NCBI GenBank assembly: GCA_028023455.1 | Contig: JAQFVV010000006.1 | Span: forward strand, 6,324,001 to 6,388,000 | DNA: 64,000 nucleotides | Direction: 5' to 3' | Source: Epiperipatus broadwayi | Taxonomy: Eukaryota > Animalia > Onychophora | In this document: one piece after another, positions 1 to 11,960 of the stretch | Layout of the letters: each line of letters starts with the position of its first letter | Position numbering within the stretch: the stretch's first letter is position 1 | Notes under the pieces: generated by a model | Told to the model about the DNA's origin: nothing | What the model saw: the letters and a program-made list of their open reading frames with translations, nothing else | Databases searched by the model: none | Made by a program: the position numbers and the translations under genes

Positions 1-315
1 AACTGAGTTCAGATCTATAGACTATACAGGCTGATGAGCTTGAATTGAAAACATTATAATGTTTTCATTTTGGACTCAAAGCTTTATAGTAAAGGTAGCT
101 GGTGATGGGTTGCATTAAAACCTAAGATCTAGATGCAGTGCTCTCAGATCCAAGGCTCCTCGCTGATGAAATCCCCAAGCTAAAAACTAGTCTGGAGATA
201 GATATTGGATAAATAGGCACTAGACAGGGTTTTAGGCACAAACCTTCTTTCATCCATTGATTATTCTAGCTTGCACCGAATGGCTTTACTGTATGGAGAG
301 TTTAACTCTGTGTAA
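1..315 (+). mobile_element. Family A hammerhead-bearing PLE-like non-autonomous repeat (degenerate copy, cut by window start)
   Basis: Co-linear with copies at 54360-54650, 57620-57945, 58890-59090 (+) and 7690-7905, 37528-37665, 58500-58650 (-). HHR relic CTGATGA(163-169)...AAAA CTAG TC, with GAAA mutated. Confidence 0.8.
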
Positions 316-329
316 TTTCTACAATAATT

Positions 330-1290
330 AAAACATTGGATCATCAAGATACAGACCCTGTATATTGTTATACTCTAAAGAATATCAAATGCAACAGTAA
401 TTTTTAAATTACATAGAACTAATAAGGTCAATAGTGAGAAGGGTGTGTGGCAAGGTGATTCCATATCTCCAAAATCTTTTTCCACACTTTTACCAAATGT
501 ATTTTGTGAATTAAAATGGTAAGATAAGGAAATAAAAATTAATGGAAGATGTTTAAGTCATCTAGATTCTGTAGATGACAATTATTTTTTTGCAAATAAT
601 GGTTCAGAGCTTCAGAAATCGTGCAAGAATCTTCAGTTGAAAGTAGAAACTTAAATACTAAAAAGACTAAAGTAACATTGTGGATTTTCAAAGAAGAAAA
701 TAAGGATTGATAGCAATGAATTAGAAGATTGACAATTACAAATACCTTGCTCAGATTATCAATACAGGTGGAAACATAATGGATGAAATTAATCGTGGAA
801 TTTAATTGGATGGAGAACTTTAGGTAGAAAAGACTTAATATCAAAAGGAAGAGGTCTATGTGTTTGAAAAGGAAAGTTTTTAATAGATGTCTTTTGCCAG
901 TTTTTATTTATGAATCTGAATCTTGGACTTTTAAAAGAAGAGCACAATAGAGACTTGACATATGTCAGGAGTAACAAGAAGGGATCGAAAATGAAATACA
1001 TGGATAAGAGAACAAGCAGCATCATGTCAATCATTGAAAAGGATTATGAGATTGAAAATGAAACTGGTCTGGAAATGTTTCTAAAAGGGATGATAATAGA
1101 TGAATAGTTGAAATCTGAAGCTGTATCCTGAGAAATTGTAAAAAAATCTAGAAAGAGACCATGTGATGTAGTTGGATGAAATAAGATGCTCATTAGGTTA
1201 TGAGAATAGAGATAAGAGAAACTGAAATAAATTTGGAGATCTTTATCCTACAGGTCAATAATGATGGTAAATGATAGTGATGATGATGAA
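330..1290 (+). mobile_element. Decayed RTE-like LINE, RT domain to 3' end
   Basis: Broken frames give KGV-QGDSISPK (~438-473) and NGRCLSHL..DD (~541-580). Ends in a (GAT)n-like tail at ~1260-1290. Many stops and frameshifts. Confidence 0.75.
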
Positions 1291-1849
1291 TTTAAAGCTC
1301 TGTGTGGTATACTTCAATGGTAGACTTACTCGGGAACTCAATGTTTATGAGTCATAACTTACCTTTTACTTTTCTGTATTTAAATTTCTTATAAAACTCC
1401 CAATCAATAAAGTTATTCAGTTATTTTTATTGTTAATAAAAAAAATATCAATACTGAAGTTGAAAGGGATTTTAGATCAATGAATGTAAATTGTATTGAC
1501 ATATTTATTGAGAAAAGACTGATTATGAAGGAGTTTAATTTCAAGTTATCAATGATTCATTGTTTTCTAGAATAGTTAGATAGATTTGAAAGTTAAAGAT
1601 TTCTTAATCAAATTCAAACATCACACGACCTCTTATGAAACTAGCCATTTGATCATTTTACATTATATTACTGTTATGCTTGGCTACAGATGCTAGAATA
1701 TGATCAAAATGGTTCAAAATTTCTAGATTAATTATTTAAAAGGTAAAAATGTATAGGAGTTGACTTTTCCTTGATCAGTAGTCAAGATAAGGTAAGGTAA
1801 AGTAAATTAGTCTAGGAACAGAGATATTTGAAATTTCTTTACCATGAAC

Positions 1850-2100
1850 ATCATAATTTTCAATCATTATCAATACATGGTCCAATGAAAGTCTTTCCAA
1901 GTTCAATCTATTTTTATCTCTAGCTTCTGGTCTTTCCAAGTTCAACCCATCTTTATCTCTAGCTTCTGAAAGTCTTTCCAAGTTCAATCCATCTTTATCT
2001 CCAGCCTCTCCTCTGCACATTATCCCAGCATACATTTCCTTATTTCATTCATCCAATTCATATGTGTTCTCTTTCTACAACTTTTACAGTCTCTTAGAAC
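1850..2100 (-). mobile_element. 3' fragment of the same RTE-like LINE with an internal ~40-bp triplication
   Basis: Unit GTCTTTCCAAGTTCAATCCATCTTTATCTCTAGC occurs three times at ~1885-2010. Homologous to LINE ends at 24900-25100, 41700-41830 and 61100-61250. Confidence 0.65.
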
Positions 2101-2511
2101 CCAGTTAAGATTTTAAGTGGGCATCTACATTATAGATGAGTTATTGATTCATCTATTTATGATATATAAATAAATAAATTACACATCTGTAATAATTATT
2201 ATCAAATTAATTATGTTTTATATATTAACTGTTAAGTTATTAGGCTTATATACCTGGCCAAGCATTTGTGGCTTTAAGTCATTAGTTACAATAGTATAAT
2301 GGAAGTAAAAATGGGGATATGATGGATATGAATAATAGTTGAATTATTTACTGTTCAAGAATTTATAAGAAACTGGAGCATTTAAAAAAACAGGACTGGG
2401 TTGCATTGCATAGGCCTTGAATTATAGACTATGTCACTCTTTAACTATGCTACAATATAAATTGAGGATATGAATAATTTAGTGTATTTTACTGCAGAAG
2501 GCAGATGTCAA

Positions 2512-2600
2512 ACATTGGTGGCCTAATGGTTTGCCTTCCAAGCAGCTGGTTGGGTTCGCTTCCCGGTCAACGCATTTGACATATGAGAAAAAAAAAGGCT
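2512..2600 (+). mobile_element. tRNA-Gly(TCC)-derived SINE-like copy or pseudogene
   Basis: GCCTTCCAAGCAG anticodon arm and GGGTTCGCTTCCCGGTCAACGCA T-arm/acceptor match eukaryotic tRNA-Gly(TCC); D-arm has a deletion. Followed by TGACATATG plus an A-run, a tail shared with the 32.0 and 39.9 kb copies. Confidence 0.7.
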
Positions 2601-2630
2601 AAAGGCAGACACTAGTTTGAGATCTAGTGA

Positions 2631-2650
2631 TACTGCCATCTGGTGGCAAC
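2631..2650 (-). promoter_or_regulatory. CTCF-like motif
   Basis: Minus strand GTTGCCACCAGATGGCAGTA closely fits the CCACYAGRKGGCR consensus. Sequence match only. Confidence 0.3.
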
Positions 2651-2814
2651 TGATGAATATTTATGCTTGGCTGTAGAGTTGAAGTTTCAATCTATTTTTA
2701 AAGTAAATATATTCATGGTGTATTAATTTCACTACAAAAATAAATCATTTTAGTAAATAGTTTACATAATTATAGGTTTTAATATTGGCATATGTAGCAA
2801 TTTTATTTGGTAAA

Positions 2815-2945
2815 AATAATCAATAATATTAGATTACAATATTCAATAAGTTATTAAATTTTTAATAAAATATTTTTGAAATAATCAATAATATTTGGTT
2901 ACAATATTCAATAAGATATTAAATTTTTAATAAAACATTTTAATA
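2815..2945. repeat. ~64-bp tandem duplication
   Basis: AAATAATCAATAATATT..TTACAATATTCAATAAG..TATTAAATTTTTAATAAAA occurs twice. Confidence 0.8.
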
Positions 2946-3220
2946 CTGCAACTTGGAATATCAGGACCATTGATTTACAATGAATTTCAAACATGAGATG
3001 CTAAAATAGTAATTATTAAAGATTGAAACAATGGCCAACTATTATTGATTATAATCAAGTGTTTTATTATTAACTGATCACAGCGCCCCCTTTAACTCTG
3101 TCTAATAATGTTCAAATTGCGTATAGAGGACTTTAAAAAAAAAATTAAAAATTATTTTAAATATTAAAAAAAAAAAAGATATTTAAAATATAAAGATATT
3201 TATTACATTATATATAAATA

Positions 3221-4280
3221 GGGTATATGAGCTCGTACTTTCACATGACCCACCACTCTATCTCTTATCACTGATACACTTGAACACATATATGTCGAAA
3301 AGATAAATAATCACCAATAAACGTAATTCATGCTAAACCAGCAATCATCAGTTGGTCCAGATTATCATCTCTACACATATATGCTATAAGTGCTCAGATA
3401 TATATTAAGGTAGCCAATCAATTGAAAATCTGATGATGGAATGCTCAAAGACCATTCTAAGGCCGAGATTTTTGTCATACCCATGTTGACCTAAAGTTAA
3501 TCTGACTCCTCATGTACAGGACATAATCTATTTAATACATAGACAAGGGGTAGATGGGCAGATATCTCTACTATGTAATAACTGAAATGCAGGGTAATTA
3601 TATACCTGTATCAATATTTGTAACATATAGGGTATATGCGCACAGACTTTCACATGACCCACCACTCTATCTCTTATCACTGATGCACTTGAACACATAT
3701 ATGCCGAAAAGATAAATAATCACCAATATACATATTTCATGCTAAACCAGCAATCATCAGTTTGTCCAGATTATTATTTCTACACATATATGTAATAAGT
3801 GCTCAGATATATACATATATATATTAAGATAGCCAATCTTCATACTTTAATAGACAGGCTTCAATCCACTCCACACTCCAACTCTTCAACCATCCATCCA
3901 ATTGAAAATCTGTAGATGAATCCCTCTGAGGCCGAAAATATTGTCACACCCATGTTGACCTCATCAGATTTTCAATTGGATAAACAGTTGAAGAGTCGGA
4001 GTGTAGAGTGGATTAATGCCTGTCCATTAAAGTATGAAGATTGGCAATCTTAATAATATCTGAGCACTTATAGCTTATGTGTGTAGAGATGACAATGCTG
4101 GTTTAGCATGAAATATGCACATTGGTGATTATTTATCTTTTTGACATATATGTGTTTGTTCAAGTTGTATCAGTGATATGAGATAAAGTGATGAGTGGTG
4201 GATCATGTGAAAGTCTGTGCTCATATACCCTATACATTACATATATTGATACAGATATATAATAAGCCTGTATTTCAGTT
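3221..4280. mobile_element. Family B1 HHR-bearing composite: two tandem minus-strand units plus an inverted copy, 14-bp TSD
   Basis: TSD ATTATATATAAATA at 3207-3220 and 4281-4294. Unit starts GGGTATATG at 3221 and 3630. Inverted arm spans ~3960-4280. Confidence 0.85.
3716..3774 (-). ncRNA. Type I hammerhead ribozyme motif (B1), near intact
   Basis: ATAATC TGG ACAAA CTGATGA TTGCT GGTTT AGCAT GAAA TATGTA TA TTGGT GATTAT. Core intact; one mismatch each in stems I and II. Sister copy at 3307-3365 has GAAA changed to GAAT. Confidence 0.65.
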
Positions 4281-5129
4281 ATTATATATAAATAATTATT
4301 TAGCTTCCGGTATGTTTAGCAATGTAGAAAAATGGCAGATTAAAAAGATAAAGGTGATTAGATTGAAGCCCAAGTTTAAGTCCAATGGGATAATATTATC
4401 GATTGTATTTCTGTCAGCATTAATAATTGTTATCTTCTAACTCATTGTGGCCAACCAATTATTGATTGTAATCAAGTGTTTTATTATTAACTGGTCACAG
4501 TGCCCCCTTTAACTCTTCGTAAAATTTTCCAAACTTATAAAAATAAAGGTCGTGTTGATCTATCATGTCAGCCACTTGATGGCACTATTTCTAGCTAAAT
4601 TGCTAGAAATATGCCATTTCCAGGGTGGCAGCCAAGCAGATAGCTTTCTTTCTACAAAAAAACACAGAAAGAGTCATTTTACTCAACTACCGGCTACTGC
4701 TATGGCTTTTTTGTATGCTAAAAGCACAGAAAAATGCCTTCATTGGCTGCCATAGTTGATTGTGTTGTGCACTTTATCGTAATGCTGGGTTGTATATTTT
4801 CACTACAGTATTGTGTGATGGGGTGTTGGCTGCATTGTGTCTAAATAATTTAACTTTTCAGGTTGACCTTTTTTTGTTTCATGTGAACTCACCTACTGAT
4901 CTTCTAACACTTTTAACAGTGTTGTCACTGTTCTATCAGGACTGTGTTAGCATTACAAATCAGATTTTAGGATGGGGCACAGCACTATTTCAAAAATCAT
5001 GAAGAAAGTAACATGTCATGAGAAATCATCTGAGACAGGGAAGATGGCTGCTTCCAACTCTCAAAATTTCCAATTGCCAGATCCCAGAGTCAGATTTCAT
5101 TATAATAGTTTGTTATAATTATTAATAAC

Positions 5130-5720
5130 TTTATTTCGTAAATTGCAATCGAAAAAACTTTTGTAACTTTTCCGATACATAAAAAAAAACACAAGCCCAT
5201 CTCTGATTAATTTGTGTCCAAATAATTCTCTGCTATATTTACTATTATTTGTTATTAAAAAAGTAACTTAATTTTATATATATATACACACACAAAAAGA
5301 GTGCAATATAATTTAATCTTTATGCCCCAAAACACAGTGTCTGATTAATTACTGTCCAAAAAAAGGGGTAAAATGTAATTTCATTTGTATTTAAAAAGTA
5401 CCATAACTTTTCCGATATGCAAAGTAACAAAAAAAAAAAAGAAGTCTGTCTCTGATTAATTACTGTTCAAATTAATTACTCTTCCAAAAAGGTCAAAGTC
5501 AGCTTTCATTGTAAAATTTTGTTGGAATTACTGTCCAAAACAGTCCTCAATGTACTATTATTTGCTATTGGAAAGTAACATACTTTTTTATCAAGACCCA
5601 CAAACACACAAAAAAAACAGTCTCTGATTAATTACTGTCTCAAAACGTCTGCTTACATTTTTATATTTTGTTTTTATTTTTTAATTTTATGGACATAATT
5701 TTATGGACATCGTAGCTGTA
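5130..5720. repeat. Degenerate array with core TCTGATTAATTACTGTCC (4-5 copies)
   Basis: Core recurs at ~5200, 5340, 5450, 5525 and 5620 with shared flanking GTAACTTTTCCGATA and TACTATTATTT. Possibly DNA transposon subterminal repeats. Confidence 0.6.
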
Positions 5721-6199
5721 TAGAATGGCTGACCCGGGAACGTTATATCAATGTGTTTTTGCTTAACATCAATGCCATCAAGCAGATGACACGATAGATC
5801 AGAACACAACCAAAAAAAAATTAAAAATTATTTAAAAACATATAAAAAAACATTTTATAATATAAAAAAGTAAATATTTATTACATTATTTATAAATAAT
5901 TATGTAGAATTGGGTGTGGTTTAGGATCATGGAAAATGGCAGACATAAAAAATAAAAGGTTTTAAATTGAATCCAAGTTTAAGCCTATGGATAATTTTAT
6001 CTATGGTATTTCTGTCCACATGAATAATATGACAAAAATATTTATACTTACCTTCTAATTCATTATTATCTTCTTTTTTGCAAGCTGATTAAATATTGCA
6101 TTATTTTTTTTATATATAATTTATCTTTAATCCTATTTTCTTACTTTCACCTGTTCACTTTTGTAACTTTTTTATTTGAATTCTGTGAAAACAACCACA

Positions 6200-7440
6200 T
6201 TATCTTGAAATTTAAATTACTCAAGCAATCTCCATTGAGTTTTAATCCTTTAGCTTCTCATTTTAGATCACAGTATATTTTGCAAGCTGCTGTAAAAAAT
6301 TTAGAAGAGATAGAATCATTATGTAGAACACCTTTACCAAAGATAATCTTTTTAGTGCTATCATGAAATATAATCTTCACTATTGCATATTAATACCTAT
6401 TCTTCATACTTTGACAATATCCTGATCTTCATCTTGATATTCCAAGGCTTCAATCAGAGCAAAAATGCTTACAGGGTCAAATGCCAATCATCATACAAGT
6501 CCAATACAAAATGGTAGCTCATACTCATTGGCCCTTCTGATAATCTCGCTTCTCGTTTGTAGTATTATAGTCATGTTTAAATCCAGCATGTTTTTTTTGG
6601 TTAATCCAAATACAAAATCCTATTACCTAGTATACTTTTTATCATTTATATCTTTGCTAATCATTTTCTATTTTTTCATTTGCTTCATTTAAGATAATGT
6701 AATTTTATCCCATATTTCTAAGGAGCTCTTCTATTCTTTGCAGATTTAATTGCCTGTCTCACTTATGCATTTAAATTACTTGGCATTTCAAAAGATATAA
6801 GGGTTACAATGTTTTCTTGTTCTTTATTATCATACATCTCTTTACCGAACTCTTATGTAACTTTTACGAGGTTATTACTGAGACAACTTTTCTTCCTATT
6901 CTAAGATTTTGTGTTACACTTTTGAAACATCCTAATTTATGGCTTTTTTTGTTAATCAATTCACAAATATATTTCATTACTTCATCATTAACTCTTTCTC
7001 ATATCATTTTACAAAGTTTTAGATATTCAGTTCTTCCAAATGTTTTTATATTCTTTCTTTTCCCCATGCATTACCTGGTCTTAATCGGAAATTTAGATTA
7101 GAATGTTTTCTTGTTCTTTATTATCATACATTTCTTTACAGAACTCTTACGCATCTTTTACGAGGTTATTACTGAGACAACTTTTCTTCCTATACTAAGA
7201 TTTGCTCACACTTTTGAAACATCGTAATTTATGGCTTCTTTTGCCAATCAATTCACAAATATATTTCATTACATCATCATTAATTCCTTCTCATATCATT
7301 AACAAAGTTTTAGATATTCAGTTCTTCCAAATGATTTTTATATTCTTTCTTTTCCCCATGCATTACCTGGTCTTAATCGAAAATTTATTGGAGAAACACT
7401 GTGGTTTTGTTTTTGTCGTTTGTACTGACTATGGTTTAAT
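6200..7440 (-). mobile_element. Decayed RTE-like LINE ORF (linker and RT N-terminus) with a 294-bp tandem duplication
   Basis: Minus strand gives IIRRANEYELPFCIGL..ALIEALEYQ (RT N-terminal region). Duplicated unit starts AATGTTTTCTTG at 6808 and 7102. Confidence 0.7.
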
Positions 7441-7689
7441 AGTCTTTTTTTATTGAATTTATTTAAGGCTGAATCATTACTGAAGTTGATTGATATTTTA
7501 AAACAATTTGCAGTTTTAGCTCAAATTCTTTAGAGTACTTCTCAAAACTGGATATATCAGCTGTTAAAACATTAAATTTGAACAGTTATGTTGGGCATGG
7601 AAATCTTTCCCATTTAATAAGTAATTTTTTACAAAATGCATACATACATAATGAGAGAAGGCAATTTGAATAGTTATGGTGAAACAGTA

Positions 7690-7905
7690 ACCAACTCTCC
7701 ATACACTAGTGCCACCTTATGCAAGCCTTAGTAATTAATGGATGCAAGAAGGTTTTTACATAAAATCCCTATTTAGTTCCTACTTATCTAATATTACCAA
7801 ACTAGTATCTAGCTTGTGGCCTTCATCAGTGAGCAGTCTTGGATCTAAGAGTACTGCACCTAGATCTTAGGATCTAATGCAACCCTCCAGCAGCTACTTT
7901 TTACC
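7690..7905 (-). mobile_element. Family A copy with degenerate HHR
   Basis: Minus strand CTCA CTGATGA AGGC CACAA GCT A GATA CTAG TT TGG; GAAA and GTC are mutated. Confidence 0.8.
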
Positions 7906-8099
7906 TATTTAAATGGTGATCATGTGATGTTGGTGAATAAATTTGGGATATAATGAAATTCCAGATAAGAAGTGTGTTGTGTTTGGCTAAGTTTACAGGT
8001 TTGGTTCCAAACCAACAGACAAATGATGACAGTACTCAACAATTAATATGATAATTTATTAATGACAAAAATATACACACACTACCTTTTACTATTATT

Positions 8100-9900
8100 A
8101 TTTCTACCAAAACCACTTCATCCAAGTTTAATTCTATAATTAATTTCATCTACATTAGTAATCAGACCAAGAGATTTGTAATTGTCAACTTCTTCTAATC
8201 CATCATTATCAGTCTTTATTTTCTTAAGAGAAAATGCACTGAACATTAATTTTTTTAACATTTTTTTAGTTCTACTTTCATCTGACAACTTTTACATTTC
8301 CTGATGTTCTGAGACATTATTTGCAAAAACAACCACATTGTCTGCAAAATCTAGGTGGTTTTCATTTCCTTAGTTTCCCATTTTTATCCACAAAATACCT
8401 CTTGTAAAATTATGATAAAAAGTTCTGGAGATGTGAAATCACTGTCACACATCTTTCTAATTATTAATCTTCTTCTTATCATTACATGATTTAATCATTG
8501 CCATTGCAGTCTGAAAAATATTCTTTAGAATATGACAATATCCAGGGCCTATATCTTGATGATCCAATGCTTTGGTCACTGAAGAAATGCTTATAGAATC
8601 AAATGCCTTTTCATAATCTATTAATTTAAAGCACAATTGCAACCCATATCGATTATTCCTTTCTATAACTTCTTTTGATATTTGGATATGATTATTTATG
8701 TTACAACCATATTTAAACCAGCTTGTTCTTTTGATTAGTTTAAATCTAAAGTTTGCTATCTATGATTTTTTATCTTCATAAAAAATATTGAGTACAACTG
8801 ATGTCTGTAATTTCTAACATATTCTTCATTATCTTTCTTAAATATCATTATTACTACTGTGTGCTTCCAATCATCTGTTACATCTTTATCATTTAGCTAT
8901 TTGGTACATAACTTTGCCAAACAATTTGTCTATTTCTTCATCTGCTTCTTTTCAGATATCAATTATAATTTAACGAATAATATTTCTGTAGTGTAATTTT
9001 CACTACGCCATTGTCATGCAAGTTAAGACTGGTTTCTATTCACTTTTAAAATCTTGTGAAAGAGTATAATCATAAGCATATAACCAAAGAATGTGAAAAA
9101 GATATATGATCCCCAAGCTGTGCATTTCATTCTGAACCAGCACTCATCAGTTGGCCCAGATCACAACCTCCTGCACATATCTTTATCATTATTCAATGTA
9201 TGTATATAGATAGCCAATTACTACAATTTAATTGATGAGTGCCAAATTTACTGCTCTTAGAACTTGGACACAAACTGCTTGATGGAAAAATATATTAATA
9301 ACTTTTCTTAGTCACTCATTAGACTAGAGATTATCCACTTAACGAATAATATTTCTGTAGTGTAAGTTTCACTATACGATTCTCATGCAAGGTAGGGACT
9401 GGCTTCTATCTGTTTATCTCTAGTCTAATGAATGACAAATAAAAAAAATTATTAATTGATTATAATTCTACCATTTCCTGGAGTTTTTCCTTTCCTCATA
9501 GATTTAACTGCATGCCTCATTATATCATTTAACCTATTGGGCATTTCGGAAGATGTACAAATTGTAGGGAATACATAGTTTTCTTGTTTTTTATTATTAT
9601 ATAATTCTTTAAAAAACTTTTCCATACATTTCATGATGTGATCTCTCTTTTTAATAATAGTTCCATTTTTTCTTCTTATTGCAGAATCCATCCTGGGACC
9701 TCTGATTCCAAGTTGAATGTTCTTTCAACTGTTCCAAACTGCACAGGGTTCCTAGTCCTAAGATGTTTAACACTTTTTAGATTTTTATTGCCTTGTATAG
9801 CTTTCCTTGCTATTTTATATTTTCTTATATCATTATTACTTCCGTTTTATACTAATTTATAAAATTATAGATATTGTTGCATATTTAATGTGATTTTTAT
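8100..9900 (-). mobile_element. Decayed RTE-like LINE ORF interrupted by a B2 element
   Basis: Contains KTPGNGRII (9452-9691 ORF end), DDWKHTVVIMIFKK..RNY (~8790-8890) and LIDYEKAFDSI (8457-8642 ORF). Confidence 0.8.
8971..9458 (-). mobile_element. Family B2 HHR-bearing element (about 1.2 tandem units of ~369 bp plus a short inverted piece), 9-bp TSD
   Basis: AACGAATAATATTTCTGTAGTGTAA at 8972 and 9341. HHR relic GCCAA CTGATGA GTGCT GGTTC AGAAT GAAA TGCA on minus at ~9120-9162. TSD ATTATAATT at 8962-8970 and 9459-9467. Confidence 0.75.
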
Positions 9901-10894
9901 TTATTTAAATATTTTTTTATTTGTGTCTTTTATTATTAATAAAGGGTTTTTTTTTACGTTCTATCCGTTAAATTATTTTTTTTTAATGAAGTCTTATGTT
10001 AAAGCAATAAATATTAAAAGTGTGCTAAAGTAAAGCATACTCCCATCAAAAGTCTACTCATAAATAATCGAAAGGAGAAGTTGCTTAGGGGGTCATGTGG
10101 CGTTCAAGTACTGGAAGTGTGCAGTTACAACCTAGAAATTTTAGCTTTTGATTTCATCATTCTAGACTAAACCGAAGAGGGCAAAATGTATTACTCGCAT
10201 TATTCAATTACTAAACAATTATATTGAGTTTCCAACTGGTTTTCATTGAGATAATTTAGCATATATATATACAATAGAGCTACTAATGAATAGATGAATT
10301 ACTGAAAAGATAATAGTCACAAAATAAATCACACTTCAAAAACAAAATATTTTAGATTTTTTTCATGACTATTATAAATAAAAAATGTTCTAGCAAGAAA
10401 TCTACTTTAGAAAAGGGAGACTATTTTTACAACACCCATTTTTCAAAATGTAATAACAAACACAAATGCATTGTGGGATTTTTTCTTCCCCAGATGCGCT
10501 ATCCTAACCTATAAAATTACAAAACTTCATCCACGCTGGATAAATTTAAGAACATCTGGAAAACAAGCAAGCTGAAGTTTTTATCACTTTGAAAATTTGA
10601 TGGCCAAAGTCTCTTAGAATGACAGCTTATTAAAACTAAGACCGAGCAGCCACATTCTAAATTGTTTTCACTCCGGTTATTTTTTTTTTTGTTGTTGTTA
10701 TATAAACCATTTAGTGCAAAATATGTGAAAGAATTAAAACCATATTCAGGAGGAAAAAAAGATATATATTTGAAAGGTAATAATAAAAATCAAATCTTGA
10801 ATGGGGGGAGGAGGGCATTAATCATACTTTAAACTCTATTGTTATTTTTAGCAACGAAACAATACTTATAATTAGTGTTTGTGTCACCTTTAAA

Positions 10895-11120
10895 TCAATA
10901 TTCATGAATCGAACGGTCCTGATTCGATTCCCATATTAGTACTGATACTGACCAGGTCAGCAACTCTTGAAGAAGACAAGAGAATTCGAAACAGTGTGTT
11001 GTATAGTAACTTGTATGTCGTTACTAATAGTTTGATTTTTTTGAAAAGTTTAAGAAGTTTAAATTTTTAAAAAAACATTTAATACTGAATGATGGAAATA
11101 ATCCAACATATAATTACTAA
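10895..11120 (+). mobile_element. Family E copy 1: tRNA-like head followed by a degenerate HHR
   Basis: GGTCCTGATTCGATTCCC, then CAACTC TTGAAGA A GA...TC GAAA CAGT GTGTTG (10961-11001). Homologous to 22295-22500 over ~200 bp. Confidence 0.5.
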
Positions 11121-11439
11121 TACTTATAGTTAGTCTAAAACTGAGGTCAATAAAATATATGGTTATAGTTTCATGTCAGATCTATATAACTATACATCCT
11201 AGTTAGCGTGGATTCAAAAGTTTAGAACTGTTTGAATTTCAAGCTGTTAATTTGCTAATTTAAAAAAGTTAAAGCTGACGGTTGGATCCTGATTTGAATT
11301 TAAAATTTTTTACTGATGAAAGTTATAAAACAGAAGCTAGACTACGATATGCATGTAATAAATAGCATTAACATCTAATGGCTGATGATTACTTAAAATT
11401 TCAATAGATGGCTCTTGAAAAGATCAAAGAGAAGTTACT

Positions 11440-11960
11440 AGATATGCAGAAGAAGATTTGGTTAAAGACTCAGAAGAAGATGGTTAAAGACTCAGAATAA
11501 GATTTAGTTAAAGACTTTATATCCATATACTTATACTAAAGGGGGGGGGGGGTGATTGTGTTATGAGAATTGTTGAGTATTATAGTGGCAAGGAATGGGA
11601 TAGATGAATAGATACATTAATAAAGAATAGGGAGATGGAGAACTAACATGGATAGTAAAAAATTTATAAGATTTGGTAAAAGACTTTATTTCCGTATACT
11701 TATACGAAAGGAGGGGGGTGATTGTGTTAGGAGAATTGTTGAGTATTATAGTGGCAATGAATGAGTTAGATAAATAGATACATTAATAAAAAATAGGGAG
11801 TTGGAGAGATGGAGAACTAACATAGATAGTAAAAAGAGTTTATAAGATTTGGTAAAAGACTTTATGTCCGTATACTTATACAAAAGGGTGGATGATTGTG
11901 TTAGGAGAATTCTTGAGTATTATAGTGGCAAGGAATGGAATAGATGAAGAAAGAGTGCAA
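11440..11960. repeat. Short (~27 bp x3) and long (~170 bp x2.6) tandem repeats sharing the motif GATTTGGT(T/A)AAAGACT
   Basis: AAGACTTTAT recurs at ~11511, 11680 and 11856. CAGAAGAAGAT..GGTTAAAGACT is repeated at 11447-11515. Confidence 0.8.

Larger units (their letters stand above)
3030..4515 (+). repeat. Repeat family X (~340-bp unit) interrupted by the B1 insertion; paralog at ~5810-6065
   Basis: GGCCAAC..ATTATTGATT.TAATCAAGTG...CCCCCTTTAACTCT at ~3030-3100 and ~4450-4515. Segments 3140-3220 plus 4281-4440 match 5810-6065 as one continuous sequence. Confidence 0.7.

Noticed and set aside
31-56. CTGATGA GCTTGAATT GAAA ACAT TA as a second HHR in family A
   Set aside because: No credible stem II or stem I, and the homolog at ~57670 reads GTGATGA.
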